This document shows positions 16,523-25,695 of a stretch of 32,000 nucleotides of DNA, piece by piece. Location: the NCBI RefSeq assembly GCF_000007185.1, contig NC_003551.1:720001-752000 (forward strand), given 5' to 3'. The position numbers and the translations under genes were made by a program. The notes beneath the pieces were generated by a model, which saw nothing but the letters and a program-made list of their open reading frames with translations, was not told where the DNA came from and searched no databases. Position 1 is the stretch's first letter; every line of letters begins with the position of its first letter. Origin of the DNA: Methanopyrus kandleri AV19. Lineage in GTDB: Archaea > JAADCQ01 > Methanopyri > Methanopyrales > Methanopyraceae.

Positions 16523-17884
16523 TTATAACGGCAGACTTAGCTTCGTGCCGTCGAACATTATGAATACGTCTCGGTTCACCTCGTAACCCTCCTGAGTGGC
16601 CAGTTCGGCGTACGCGGCCAGCATATCCGGGTCACCGTGTGCCGGGACGATGAACTCCGGCTGGAGCATTCTGAGCATTAGGCGATGGTCTTCACGACCC
16701 GCGTGCCCTGACACGTGCACGTCCTTGAACATTTTCACACCCTTCAGCCGGAGCTTGGTGTCCAACACGTAGCGGTTGGCTCGATTTATAGGGGACGGAA
16801 TTGTGGACGACGAGAACACTACGCTATCTTCTTCGGTCAGTCGGTACGGGAGCTCGCCGTCAACGATCCGCGGTAACACGGCGCCCGGCTCTCCCTGGTG
16901 TCCCGTGACGATCAGTAGGTAATCCTCCTTCTCCTTGTTCGCCCGTTCGAGTCCCCGCCGAATAGTCTCGGGGCGATCGTAAATCCTGGCACCCGCGGGG
17001 AGGTTCAGGAGACCGAGCTCTTCGGCGATCCTCCCGTATTTGCCCATGGATCTTCCGGCGAGGATCACTTTCCTGCCTAATCTGTCCGCAGTGTCTGCGA
17101 TCGCCTGTATCCGTTCTATGTGTGACGAGAACGTTGTAACGATAATCCCCTCACTTTCCTCGTCGGCGAATCTGAGCACGTCGTTTACCATTTCCCTAGC
17201 TACAGATTCGGAAGGTGTCTTAATTTCTTCAGCGACCCTCAAACTCTCAGTAATGAGCAGTAACACACCTTCTTTGCCCAGCTGTTTGAGCCTTTTATAA
17301 TCCGGTTTGTATCCTATTATTTGATTATCATCGAACTTAAAATCGCACGCATATACTATTGCTCCGTAGGGAGTATGCAACACTGGTAGGACACAGCACG
17401 GTATGCTGTGGCTTATAGGGATAAATTCAAGTCGGAGTTTCGAGGAGATCTGCACTTCGTCTCCAGGCTCGACTGTGTACAAGTTAATCATGATATCTTC
17501 GGCTTCATCTGCGTACCTTATCTCATTCCTGAGGTCGGCTTTCACGAGTTCTATTGTGAACTCAGTTCCGAATACCGGGCACTTGTACTTAAAGAGCAGC
17601 TTAGGTACCGCTCCGATGTGGTCTAAGTGAGCGTGGGACAGGACCGCGGCGACCGTCTTGGAACGATGGGGGCGTAAGATAGGGTCGTTCGGTATCGCTT
17701 TCACTCTACGGAGTTCCCTGGCTGAGGCTTTCTGAAAATCTTTTTCGAAAACTAGTGATTTGTCCAGGGACATACCACAGTCGAAGATCACTATCTCCTC
17801 GTCCACGCGGACCGCGGTCATGTTTCGTCCACCGGCCTCGCCGTATCCCCCTACTGCGAACACCTCGACGGTCAACGGTTCCAC
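16523..17884 (-). CDS. rnj: Archaeal ribonuclease J (beta-CASP metallo-beta-lactamase family)
   Basis: 453 aa; LSHAHLDHIGA, YACDFKFDD, TTFSSHIERIQ, VTGHQGEPGA, HVSGHAG, PAHGD. Confidence 0.93.
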   Translation of the reverse strand: MEPLTVEVFAVGGYGEAGGRNMTAVRVDEEIVIFDCGMSLDKSLVFEKDFQKASARELRRVKAIPNDPILRPHRSKTVAAVLSHAHLDHIGAVPKLLFKYKCPVFGTEFTIELVKADLRNEIRYADEAEDIMINLYTVEPGDEVQISSKLRLEFIPISHSIPCCVLPVLHTPYGAIVYACDFKFDDNQIIGYKPDYKRLKQLGKEGVLLLITESLRVAEEIKTPSESVAREMVNDVLRFADEESEGIIVTTFSSHIERIQAIADTADRLGRKVILAGRSMGKYGRIAEELGLLNLPAGARIYDRPETIRRGLERANKEKEDYLLIVTGHQGEPGAVLPRIVDGELPYRLTEEDSVVFSSSTIPSPINRANRYVLDTKLRLKGVKMFKDVHVSGHAGREDHRLMLRMLQPEFIVPAHGDPDMLAAYAELATQEGYEVNRDVFIMFDGTKLSLPL

Positions 17885-18969
17885 CCCGTTCGGCGATCAC
17901 CGGTGCAGACGAGATCGAGTGGGACTCCCCGGCACTCCAACCACTCACGCAGCTTCCCGTACACTACTATGGGGACGCTGCTCATTTCCTCCACGGACGA
18001 ACACCCCGCCATCAACATCGCGATCTTGACCTCGCGAGCGATCGACTTCAGGAAGCGGACGCAGCCTCTGACGCCCTCGGCCAGCACTTTACGGAGCACT
18101 GGTAAGGCCATTCCGGCGCAGTCCGCACCTAGAGCCAGAACCTTCGCGACGTCCATTCCCGTGCGCACGCCTCCGGTTCCAATTATCGCGAGATCGTTAC
18201 CGACGACGCTTCTGACTTCGAGTATTGAAGCCGCTGTGGGGACTCCCCAATCGGAGAACGCGTAGCCGAGTGGTATCTCACCGTGGGCCTTCGACCGGAC
18301 GGCTTCGACCACCGCCCAGTTGGTTCCACCGGCTCCACCGACGTCGATACCGTCCACGATATCCCGGACCAACTTGGCGTCTTCGGCTGACACGCCGGCT
18401 CCGGTCTCCTTCAAGACCACCGGCACGTCCACCGTTTCGCAGACTTCGGCGAGTACGTCCACGAACCCGGCGGCGTCCGCCTCACCTTCCAACTGAACCG
18501 CTTCCTGCAGCACGTTCACGTGAACGGCCAGCGCGTCTGCGTCCACCATATCGACGACTTCGAGCGCGAGGTCTGGGCCGTTCTCGCGCAGCTGCGGGAG
18601 CCCGATGTTGGCCAGCACCAGGCCGTCGGGGTACTCCTCCCGTACCACCTCGAACGTCCACCGCACCTCCGGATCCTTCACGCCGGCTCGCTGGCTTCCG
18701 ACCCCTATACCTATCTCAAGCTCGCGGGCTACTCGGGCGAGCTTCCGGTTGATCTCGCCGGTTTTAGGATGGCCTCCCGTCATTCCGGCGATTATCAGCG
18801 GGAAGGAGAGCCGCTTCCCGAAGAGTTCGATTTCCATGTCCACGTCGTCGAAGTCGAGCTCCGGGAGCGCCCGATGTACTATCTTCACGCAGTCGAACAG
18901 CGGGCTTTCCTCCGATTCGACGTCCTCCCAAATACACGCTAGCACGTGTTCCCACTTCCGTTCTCTCAT
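17872..18969 (-). CDS. fni: Type 2 isopentenyl-diphosphate delta-isomerase (FMN-dependent)
   Basis: Start MRERKWEHV; PLIIAGMTGGHPKTGEINRKLARVARELEIGIGVGSQRAG, DVGGAGGTNWAVVE, IIGTGGVRTGMDVAKVLALGAD. Confidence 0.95.
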   Translation of the reverse strand: MRERKWEHVLACIWEDVESEESPLFDCVKIVHRALPELDFDDVDMEIELFGKRLSFPLIIAGMTGGHPKTGEINRKLARVARELEIGIGVGSQRAGVKDPEVRWTFEVVREEYPDGLVLANIGLPQLRENGPDLALEVVDMVDADALAVHVNVLQEAVQLEGEADAAGFVDVLAEVCETVDVPVVLKETGAGVSAEDAKLVRDIVDGIDVGGAGGTNWAVVEAVRSKAHGEIPLGYAFSDWGVPTAASILEVRSVVGNDLAIIGTGGVRTGMDVAKVLALGADCAGMALPVLRKVLAEGVRGCVRFLKSIAREVKIAMLMAGCSSVEEMSSVPIVVYGKLREWLECRGVPLDLVCTGDRRTGWNR

Positions 18970-18973
18970 CCCT

Positions 18974-19693
18974 TCAGCGCGTGATCCTCGTACCAACGTG
19001 CTCACCCCGAAGGAATCGGTCGACGTTTTCCGGATCCCGAGCATCGAACATGTACACTTCCGCGCCGCGCTCCGCTATGCGTGCGGCCCTTCGCAGTTTC
19101 TCCGCGATGCCCCCCGTCACATCTACGCCGGCAGAACCCTCCAGCTGCCGTGCCAAGTCTCGCGCTTCATCCGGAGAGAGCTCCCTTAAGGGCTCCCCCT
19201 CCTCCGGTGTTCTCGGGTAAACTCCGTCGACGCTCATCCCGAAACCGACCCGGTCCGGGCCCAGCCAGGAGACCCGCTCGGCGATTTCGTCGCCCGACAT
19301 GATCCTAAACCCGTCCCCGTCGTGGTCCGGGACGACGTCACCGTAGAGTAGGGGAACGCAACCACGTTCCAACAGGTCCACTAACACGTTGAGCGAGTAC
19401 AGTACCGTCGCGGGTGTCACCGGGTACACGCGCACTCCCGAGTCCACTGCCACCTTCTCGACGATAGAAAGTAGCTCGTGCATCGCCCGTCGAACCTCCG
19501 AAACACCCTTTTGCAGGTCGCTTACTCTCGACGCCGCGTAGTGCCCGAACGACCCGCCGCCGTGGATGAGTACTAAATCTCCCCTCCAGTCTGAGATGAC
19601 TTTCATAAGTCTTCGAATACGGTCTTCCCTGGCCGTTTTCGGTTTCGATTTGTCGGTGATCACACTCCCTCCGAGCTTCAGAACCGTGAACAC
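18974..19693 (-). CDS. Isopentenyl phosphate kinase
   Basis: 239 aa; MFTVLKLGGSVITDKSKPKT, VLIHGGGSFGHYAA, LYGDVVPD, VDVTGGIAEKL. Confidence 0.93.
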   Translation of the reverse strand: MFTVLKLGGSVITDKSKPKTAREDRIRRLMKVISDWRGDLVLIHGGGSFGHYAASRVSDLQKGVSEVRRAMHELLSIVEKVAVDSGVRVYPVTPATVLYSLNVLVDLLERGCVPLLYGDVVPDHDGDGFRIMSGDEIAERVSWLGPDRVGFGMSVDGVYPRTPEEGEPLRELSPDEARDLARQLEGSAGVDVTGGIAEKLRRAARIAERGAEVYMFDARDPENVDRFLRGEHVGTRITR

Positions 19694-19815
19694 AGGAGCC
19701 CTCGACGGGACCTCGACCCGCCCGTAAAACGGCCTTCGGGGGCGATGAGGACACCCGAGGCCTCGGGGAACGATGACCGGAGCGGTGGGCGGCCGAGCTT
19801 GTAGGGGGTAGTTCC

Positions 19816-20862
19816 ATGAAGCCGGTGACCTTGATTAGGCCCTCAGGTGAGGTGACGGCTAAGAGCGCGCCCGTCCGAAAGACGTTACTGGGTGAACTGG
19901 CGCGGCGGTTAGAGCGGAGGCTCGGCGAGGTGGTCCGGGTACGCGGGCCGAGGCTAATAGTCCCGGGCCACCATCCGAACGCCGCTTCGGAGTTCGGTGT
20001 CGAAGGTGCGCTACCGGGATACAAGGTGAGACCGAAACCGGCCACAATACTCAAAGCCACGCGACGCGCGTTGCGGGAGTGCCCAGAGGAGATCAGGGTG
20101 GACGTCCGGTCACACCACGACGGCGTTTCGGGACATGCGCTGTTCGAGTCCGTGAGGGAGATCGTCGAGTCTACCGGCCGTAAGACTAGCAAGCGTGGGT
20201 CCCGACTGCTGGTGGAGGTCTATCCCGACGTCGCTTACGTCTGCGGACCCGAGAAAGCCGGTCCCGGTGGTCTTCCTGTGGGCACGCAGGGGCGTGCGCT
20301 GTGCTTACTTTCTGGAGGCTTCGACAGTCCCGTGGCCACGTGGATGGTTATGCGTAGAGGACTCGAGTGCAAAGGGTTGCACTTTTTAGTCACGGAGTCG
20401 GAGCTTGAAGCGGCCCGTGAGAACGAGCGAGTCCTCCGACGCTGGTGCCCGGACTTCGATCTCCTAGTGGACGAGTCGCACCGTGAGTTCCTGGAGACCG
20501 CCGAGGAGCGACTGACCGGACGACTCAAACGATACCTGTGCGTTGTTTGCAAGATGAGGATGCTCGAGCGTGCCTCTCAATGGGCCGATCGGCTCGGGTG
20601 TGATTGTATTGTCACCGGTGACTCATTGGGTCAAGTGGCGAGTCAAACCGTATGGAACCTCAAGCTGGAGGAGTCTCAAGTGAATGGTATCGTACTACGT
20701 CCGTTGGTCGGTCTGAACAAACCCGAGATAGTCCGATACGGACGTAGGATAGGGGTCCCTGAACGCGATCCGGGACGATGTCCGTTCGTTCCGGAGAGAC
20801 TTATCGTTAAACCCAGGAAACGGGAGGCGTTGCGCGCGTATCGGGAGGTGATTAAGGGATGA
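19816..20862 (+). CDS. thiI: ThiI-like tRNA 4-thiouridine / sulfurtransferase-type PP-loop enzyme
   Basis: 348 aa; LLSGGFDSPVATWMVMRRG, CVVCKMRMLERA, IVTGDSLGQVASQT, LRPLVGLNKPEIV, CPFVPE. Confidence 0.88.
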   Translation: MKPVTLIRPSGEVTAKSAPVRKTLLGELARRLERRLGEVVRVRGPRLIVPGHHPNAASEFGVEGALPGYKVRPKPATILKATRRALRECPEEIRVDVRSHHDGVSGHALFESVREIVESTGRKTSKRGSRLLVEVYPDVAYVCGPEKAGPGGLPVGTQGRALCLLSGGFDSPVATWMVMRRGLECKGLHFLVTESELEAARENERVLRRWCPDFDLLVDESHREFLETAEERLTGRLKRYLCVVCKMRMLERASQWADRLGCDCIVTGDSLGQVASQTVWNLKLEESQVNGIVLRPLVGLNKPEIVRYGRRIGVPERDPGRCPFVPERLIVKPRKREALRAYREVIKG

Positions 20863-20928
20863 TCATTAACTCCGTCGGTAGAAAGGTGCTCTAACGTCTG
20901 AGAATTTGAGGGGTGGTGTCCATAGGCT

Positions 20929-21837
20929 TTGAGAGAAGAAGTCGCGTCCAGCCCTCAAGGGCTCGGACTCGAGATATTGGCTAAACACAAAGTGTCTGAC
21001 TTCGTTCGTCACGGTGCCATTGCGGTGAAACCCGATGAACCGCTATGGAACGCGTTGAAGGCTATGGTCACTCACGGCATTCACGGTGCGGCGGTGATGG
21101 AGGACTCCAAAATAGTCGGAGCGTTCGAGGAGGATGATTTGCTCCGTGCCCTCCGTGCGCTCGAGGAGGACGCTCTCGCGGCCGAAGTTAAGCGGTTCAT
21201 GAAACCGGCCGTGGTGGTGAAGTCGAGCGATACTTTCCAAAACGCCATGGTTGAAATGCTGAAAGGCAACACGACCCGGGCATTCGTACGTTCTTCCGGT
21301 CTCCTAAGGAGCGGCGTGTACGGTGTGATCTCCGCTTCTGATATTGTACGAGTACTTACGGGGGATTACAGGGGGTTCAGGGCTCCCGGCAACACGGATC
21401 GACCGGTTTCGCCTCCGAAAGTCGGTGACATATTCTGGCCCGGAAGTGTAGCCATCAAGCAAGTGATTCGGAACTCTCCTTTGACCCTGGACGCTTCCAG
21501 CTCCGTTGCCGATGTCGCGAGGTGTATAAGCGAGAAGGGTCGACACTACGCGGTCCTCCTGGAGGGGGAGTCCCCGATCGGCCGCGCCGGTGACAAGGAC
21601 GTGATGGGTGCCGCTCTCGACGCGATTCTAAACCGAAGAGATTTACACGACCTCACGGCCAGAAATTATCTGCAAGAAATGGTGGTGGTGCCTCCCGAGA
21701 CGCCTCTACATGAGGCTCTTTGGGAAGTTATCGACAAAATGTCAGATAGAATATACGTGATGGATGGCAGGAAGTTAACCGGGGTCGTGCCATTAATAGA
21801 TGCCGTCTACACACTGGCGAAAGTAGCTAGTGATTGA
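20929..21837 (+). CDS. CBS-domain protein (multiple CBS repeats)
   Basis: 302 aa from TTG; ALKAMVTHGIHGAAVMEDSKIVGAFEEDDLLRAL and repeated units. Confidence 0.8.
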   Translation: MREEVASSPQGLGLEILAKHKVSDFVRHGAIAVKPDEPLWNALKAMVTHGIHGAAVMEDSKIVGAFEEDDLLRALRALEEDALAAEVKRFMKPAVVVKSSDTFQNAMVEMLKGNTTRAFVRSSGLLRSGVYGVISASDIVRVLTGDYRGFRAPGNTDRPVSPPKVGDIFWPGSVAIKQVIRNSPLTLDASSSVADVARCISEKGRHYAVLLEGESPIGRAGDKDVMGAALDAILNRRDLHDLTARNYLQEMVVVPPETPLHEALWEVIDKMSDRIYVMDGRKLTGVVPLIDAVYTLAKVASD

Positions 21838-21877
21838 CTTCTGACAAGGTATACAATCGCTCTGGCGATCATCGGGG

Positions 21878-23083
21878 GTGGGGCTTTTGGTCGACCTGGA
21901 CTGCTGCGTAGTGTGTGGTGACAGTCCGGAAAGTATCGTCGATGAAGTCGTCGAAAGGCTTGGTGACCGTGCCGATTTCGGAATCGTGTTTTTTCACGAT
22001 ATAGATCCCGAGGACGTAGTCTCCGAGCTCAGTTATGGAGTTGAGCGTTTCGTCGGCTGTGTGGCTGGAGAGGGTCACTATCCGGGGTCGGTTAAGGGGC
22101 ATAAGATCAGCTTACTGGCGTTGAAGACGGAATGGATGGCCAAGTTCGGTACCGGCGGATCGGCGCGTCAAGATCCTGGCGAGGCTTCTCGTGGTGCACT
22201 GGAGGAGGCTTTCGAGGACCTGGATTTCGATCCCTACGACGTCTCCTACTCAGCGCTCAATCTTAAAGATCCAAAACGTATCGTCATGTACAGGCCGGTT
22301 ATCGGCATAACGTTCATTGAGGGGGCCACGTTTCACAACCTCGGTGGTACGGGTCTCGAAGTGCTCTCCGGCTTCAGATTCGGGAGTGGTCCTGCGGCCG
22401 AAAGTATCCGCACCTTCGGAGCGCTGTCCAGCGATCCTGAGTTGGAGAGTGCTCCGGTGGTGTGCGATAAAGGGGTGTTCGAAAGCGGTGCTGTTTACGC
22501 TACTATTTCCACGTTCTTGAAGGTCAGTTGGTCGTTCGCATCCTCACTGAAACCCGTGACGAAGCTCGGAACGGTAACGAAAAGTAGGGAGAACGTGATC
22601 GTTGAGATCGACGGGCGTCCCGCCGGCGAGGTTTACATCGAGAAACTCGAAGAGGTGACCGACTACGTCAAGGCATGCCCGAACGAGTACGTCTACAAGG
22701 AGCTTCCACCGCTCGGTGTGGTTCGTGTGTTCCCCTCCGTCGGACACAGGATCATCCCACGCACCCCGCTAGAGGTTACCGACGACTACATCCGAACGGC
22801 GGGTTACGTCGTGGAGGGCGAGCAGCTGCTGCTTCTCGGCTTCGATGATAGGCCGAACGCTCCCGTTAGGGCCTACCAGGGATCCTTGAGCTCAGGTGAG
22901 GAGCCGCTAGCATCCATTCTGGTCACGTTCGCGGGACGCAAGCCGCTCAAGGAGGAGATCCCCGACAAGCATTGCGTGGGGATGTACTCCTTCGGAGAGA
23001 TCATCCCGATTACCGGGTATAACGAGTTTCACAACCACGTATCCGCGTGCCTGACGATCTTCAGAGAGCCGGTGTTCGACTGA
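21878..23083 (+). CDS. FIST-domain sensory protein
   Basis: 401 aa; GGSARQDPGEASRGALEEAFEDL, VIVEIDGRPAGEVYIEKL, C-terminal SFGEIIPITGYNEFHNHVSACLTIF typical of FIST_C. Confidence 0.75.
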   Translation: MGLLVDLDCCVVCGDSPESIVDEVVERLGDRADFGIVFFHDIDPEDVVSELSYGVERFVGCVAGEGHYPGSVKGHKISLLALKTEWMAKFGTGGSARQDPGEASRGALEEAFEDLDFDPYDVSYSALNLKDPKRIVMYRPVIGITFIEGATFHNLGGTGLEVLSGFRFGSGPAAESIRTFGALSSDPELESAPVVCDKGVFESGAVYATISTFLKVSWSFASSLKPVTKLGTVTKSRENVIVEIDGRPAGEVYIEKLEEVTDYVKACPNEYVYKELPPLGVVRVFPSVGHRIIPRTPLEVTDDYIRTAGYVVEGEQLLLLGFDDRPNAPVRAYQGSLSSGEEPLASILVTFAGRKPLKEEIPDKHCVGMYSFGEIIPITGYNEFHNHVSACLTIFREPVFD

Positions 23084-23137
23084 TCGGTCGACAAAGGTGA
23101 TAACTCGCCGGTCACGGGGGCGGCCCGGGGCGTCCGC

Positions 23138-23650
23138 TTGAGAGACGTTATCCGGGGAAGGGCCTGGGTCTTCGGGGACGATATCGACACCGACCAGATC
23201 ATCCCGGGTCGATACCTCACTACCCAGGACCCCGAGGAGCTGGCCAAGCACGTGATGGAAGGGGCCGATCCGGAGTTCCCCGAGAAGGTCCGCGAGGGCG
23301 ACGTGATCGTGGCCGGGAAGAACTTCGGCTGCGGTTCCTCCCGTGAGCACGCGCCGATCGCGCTCAAAGCTGCCGGAATCGCCTGCGTGGTCACGAGGTC
23401 CTTCGCCCGTATCTTCTACCGGAACGCGATCAACCTGGGGTTACCCCTAGTGGTTTGCCCCGGCGTGGACGACGCGTTCGAGGATGGCCAGGGGATCGAG
23501 GTGAATCTCCGAGAGGGGTATGTCAGGAACCTCGACACCGGTGAGGAGCTGGAGGCGAAACCACTCCCGGACTTCATGATGAGGATACTCGAGGCCGGCG
23601 GCCTGGTGGAATTGATCAAGCGGGAAGGGCCACGGGCTTTCGAGGGGTGA
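23138..23650 (+). CDS. leuD: Isopropylmalate isomerase / homoaconitase small subunit
   Basis: 170 aa; WVFGDDIDTDQIIPGRYLTT, NFGCGSSREHAPIALKAAG, SFARIFYRNAINLGLP. Confidence 0.92.
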   Translation: MRDVIRGRAWVFGDDIDTDQIIPGRYLTTQDPEELAKHVMEGADPEFPEKVREGDVIVAGKNFGCGSSREHAPIALKAAGIACVVTRSFARIFYRNAINLGLPLVVCPGVDDAFEDGQGIEVNLREGYVRNLDTGEELEAKPLPDFMMRILEAGGLVELIKREGPRAFEG

Positions 23651-24663
23651 CCTCCGTGGCGTACAAGATCGCTGTGATCCCGGGAGACGGCATCGGACCG
23701 GAAGTCATCGAGGCAGCCCTCCACGTGATCGAGCCGCTGATCGACGCGGAGTTCGTCGAGGGTGAGGCCGGCGACGAATGCGCTGAGAAGCACGGCGATC
23801 CGCTGCCGGAGGATACCTTGGAGCTATGCCACGAAGCCGATGCGATCCTATTCGGGGCCGCGGGTGAGACGGCGGCCGACGTGATCGTCCGGCTGAGACA
23901 GGAGCTCGACCTGTACGCGAACATCAGACCGGTACGTGGGTTTCCGGGACTCCGTGAGCTCACCGGTGAGCCGTACGTGCGGGACGACGTGGACTTCGTG
24001 ATAGTGCGCGAGAATACCGAGGGGCTGTACTCAGGGATCGAGGGGAGATTCCGAGACACCGCGTACACCTTGAGGATCATCACAGAAGAAGGGACGCGGC
24101 GTATCGCCGAAGTAGCTTGCGATTTAGCGGAGGAGCGCGGTTCGAATACCGTTACGTGTGTGCACAAGGCGAACGTCATGCGTGAGACGTGTGGGCTCTT
24201 CCGCGAAGTGTGCAAGGAGGTGGTCGAATCCCGTGGACTGGAGTTCGAGGAGTACTACGTGGACGCTGCGGCTATGTTCATGATTACCGAGCCGGAGCGC
24301 TTCGACGTCGTCGTGACACCGAACATGTTCGGCGACATACTATCTGACGAGGCGGCAGCACTCGTTGGTGGGCTGGGGTTGGCGCCCAGCGGGAACGTCG
24401 GCGACCGCCATGGGCTGTTCGAACCGGTGCACGGATCGGCGCCGGACATCGCGGGTAAAGGAATCGCGAACCCGTTCGCGACGATCCTTTCCGCGGTCAT
24501 GATGCTAGAGTGGTTGGGTGAGGACGAAGCCGCGGAAGCCGTAAGAGAGGCCGTGGGTGAGGCGATCCGAGAAGGTGTCGTCACGCCGGATCTAGGAGGT
24601 GATAAAAAGACGATGGAGGTGGCGGAGTTCGTCAGGGAAGCTGCCCTCAACCGGGTCCAGTAG
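23647..24663 (+). CDS. leuB: 3-isopropylmalate / homoisocitrate dehydrogenase family
   Basis: 338 aa; VIPGDGIGPEVIEAAL, VIVRENTEGLYSGIEG, VHKANVM, VTPNMFGDILSDEAAALVGGLGLAPSGNVG. Substrate (3-IPM versus homoisocitrate) cannot be decided by eye. Confidence 0.9.
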   Translation: MTSVAYKIAVIPGDGIGPEVIEAALHVIEPLIDAEFVEGEAGDECAEKHGDPLPEDTLELCHEADAILFGAAGETAADVIVRLRQELDLYANIRPVRGFPGLRELTGEPYVRDDVDFVIVRENTEGLYSGIEGRFRDTAYTLRIITEEGTRRIAEVACDLAEERGSNTVTCVHKANVMRETCGLFREVCKEVVESRGLEFEEYYVDAAAMFMITEPERFDVVVTPNMFGDILSDEAAALVGGLGLAPSGNVGDRHGLFEPVHGSAPDIAGKGIANPFATILSAVMMLEWLGEDEAAEAVREAVGEAIREGVVTPDLGGDKKTMEVAEFVREAALNRVQ

Positions 24664-24955
24664 TGGGTCCAGTGGTGGACGATCCAGTAGTGGATTCTTC
24701 CTTCCCCGCACCCTGCTCCTCTCCGGATCGGCCTCCCACGTCCTTAACTTTCGTCTTGGCGGCGATCTCCGACGGCGACAGTGGGTGAGGTTTACGGTTC
24801 TTGAGCTCCGGCGGTAGTACCACCTTAGACATCTTCTCCTGTTCCTCGATCTCCTGTTTGATAGGCGAGATACTGACGAACCCCGCGGCCATACCGATGA
24901 CGAACCCTAGAATCGCGGAAGCCTTCAGGACGGTTTCGGTCTTCAAGTCCGTCAA
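24647..24955 (-). CDS. Hypothetical membrane-anchored protein with low-complexity C-terminus
   Basis: 102 aa from TTG; ASAILGFVIGMAAGFVS helix; Ser/Thr/Gly-rich tail. Confidence 0.5.
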   Translation of the reverse strand: MTDLKTETVLKASAILGFVIGMAAGFVSISPIKQEIEEQEKMSKVVLPPELKNRKPHPLSPSEIAAKTKVKDVGGRSGEEQGAGKEESTTGSSTTGPTTGPG

Positions 24956-24972
24956 CCCCGGAGGGAAATGTC

Positions 24973-25683
24973 ATGATGTCGATCAAAATGACGATCGGAG
25001 CCACCGGAGCCGCTGAGGCGGCTTCGCACGGGGACGTGATCGTGGTAGTGGACGTCGTGAACACTTCCTCTGCGGCTGAGGTCGCCTTACGCGAAGGGGC
25101 TGTCGCCGTAGTAGGGGCGGCTCCCGATAGTGCTTATCGGGTCCTCTCGGGTGAGCACGCGGCTAAATACCCGTTCGCGGAGACACCCGAAGGCGTTGAC
25201 CCGGTAGAGCGAGGCCGGGAAGCTGGTAAGATAGCCGTGGAAGAGGGCTGCGATGTAGTACTCGTGGTAGACGGCGGCGAAGATAACGCGAGTTTGGCTA
25301 GGAAAGGCGTTGAGGACGTCGGGGCGGAAATCCGGGAGGTCGTACCTAACGCGGGCCCTAGGATTAAGGACGTGGTGGATCCGGCGGGTAAGGTCTTCTT
25401 GTTCGCCACGGCTACGGGCGGAACGCTCTACGATGTCGCTAAGACTCACGGGGCTCCGGCGGTAACGTTCGGAACCGTCGTGCGTCGCTCTTTCACCAGG
25501 GCGTGTGTGGAGAGAGCACTGAGGTTAGCCGGCAGGTATGGGGCGGGCGTCACGATAGTGGTTTCATCGATCTTCGCCCCGGAAGACTTAGACGCCGGCG
25601 CGAGGATTTTCGAGGAGGCCTGTAAGGTCATCACGGAAAGCGTCTGTGAAGAACGGTTCGAGGACGTCGTTTCGAGACTGTAG
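24973..25683 (+). CDS. Conserved hypothetical, weak ComB (2-phosphosulfolactate phosphatase)-like resemblance
   Basis: 236 aa; IVVVDVVNTSSAAEVALREGA...KVFLFATATGGTLYDVAKTHGAPAVTFGTVVRRS. Confidence 0.6.
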   Translation: MMSIKMTIGATGAAEAASHGDVIVVVDVVNTSSAAEVALREGAVAVVGAAPDSAYRVLSGEHAAKYPFAETPEGVDPVERGREAGKIAVEEGCDVVLVVDGGEDNASLARKGVEDVGAEIREVVPNAGPRIKDVVDPAGKVFLFATATGGTLYDVAKTHGAPAVTFGTVVRRSFTRACVERALRLAGRYGAGVTIVVSSIFAPEDLDAGARIFEEACKVITESVCEERFEDVVSRL

Positions 25684-25695
25684 GGGAGGCTTCGG

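Noticed and set aside
20855-20920. Possible C/D box sRNA (GGATGATCA ... GTCTGAG) between thiI and the CBS gene
   Set aside because: C box deviates from RUGAUGA and no convincing C'/D' boxes were found. Such sRNAs are abundant in this group, so a dedicated snoRNA search is warranted, but I cannot support one here.
22907-23350. 147-aa minus-strand ORF across the fist/leuD boundary
   Set aside because: Antisense to well-supported genes with no domain signature.
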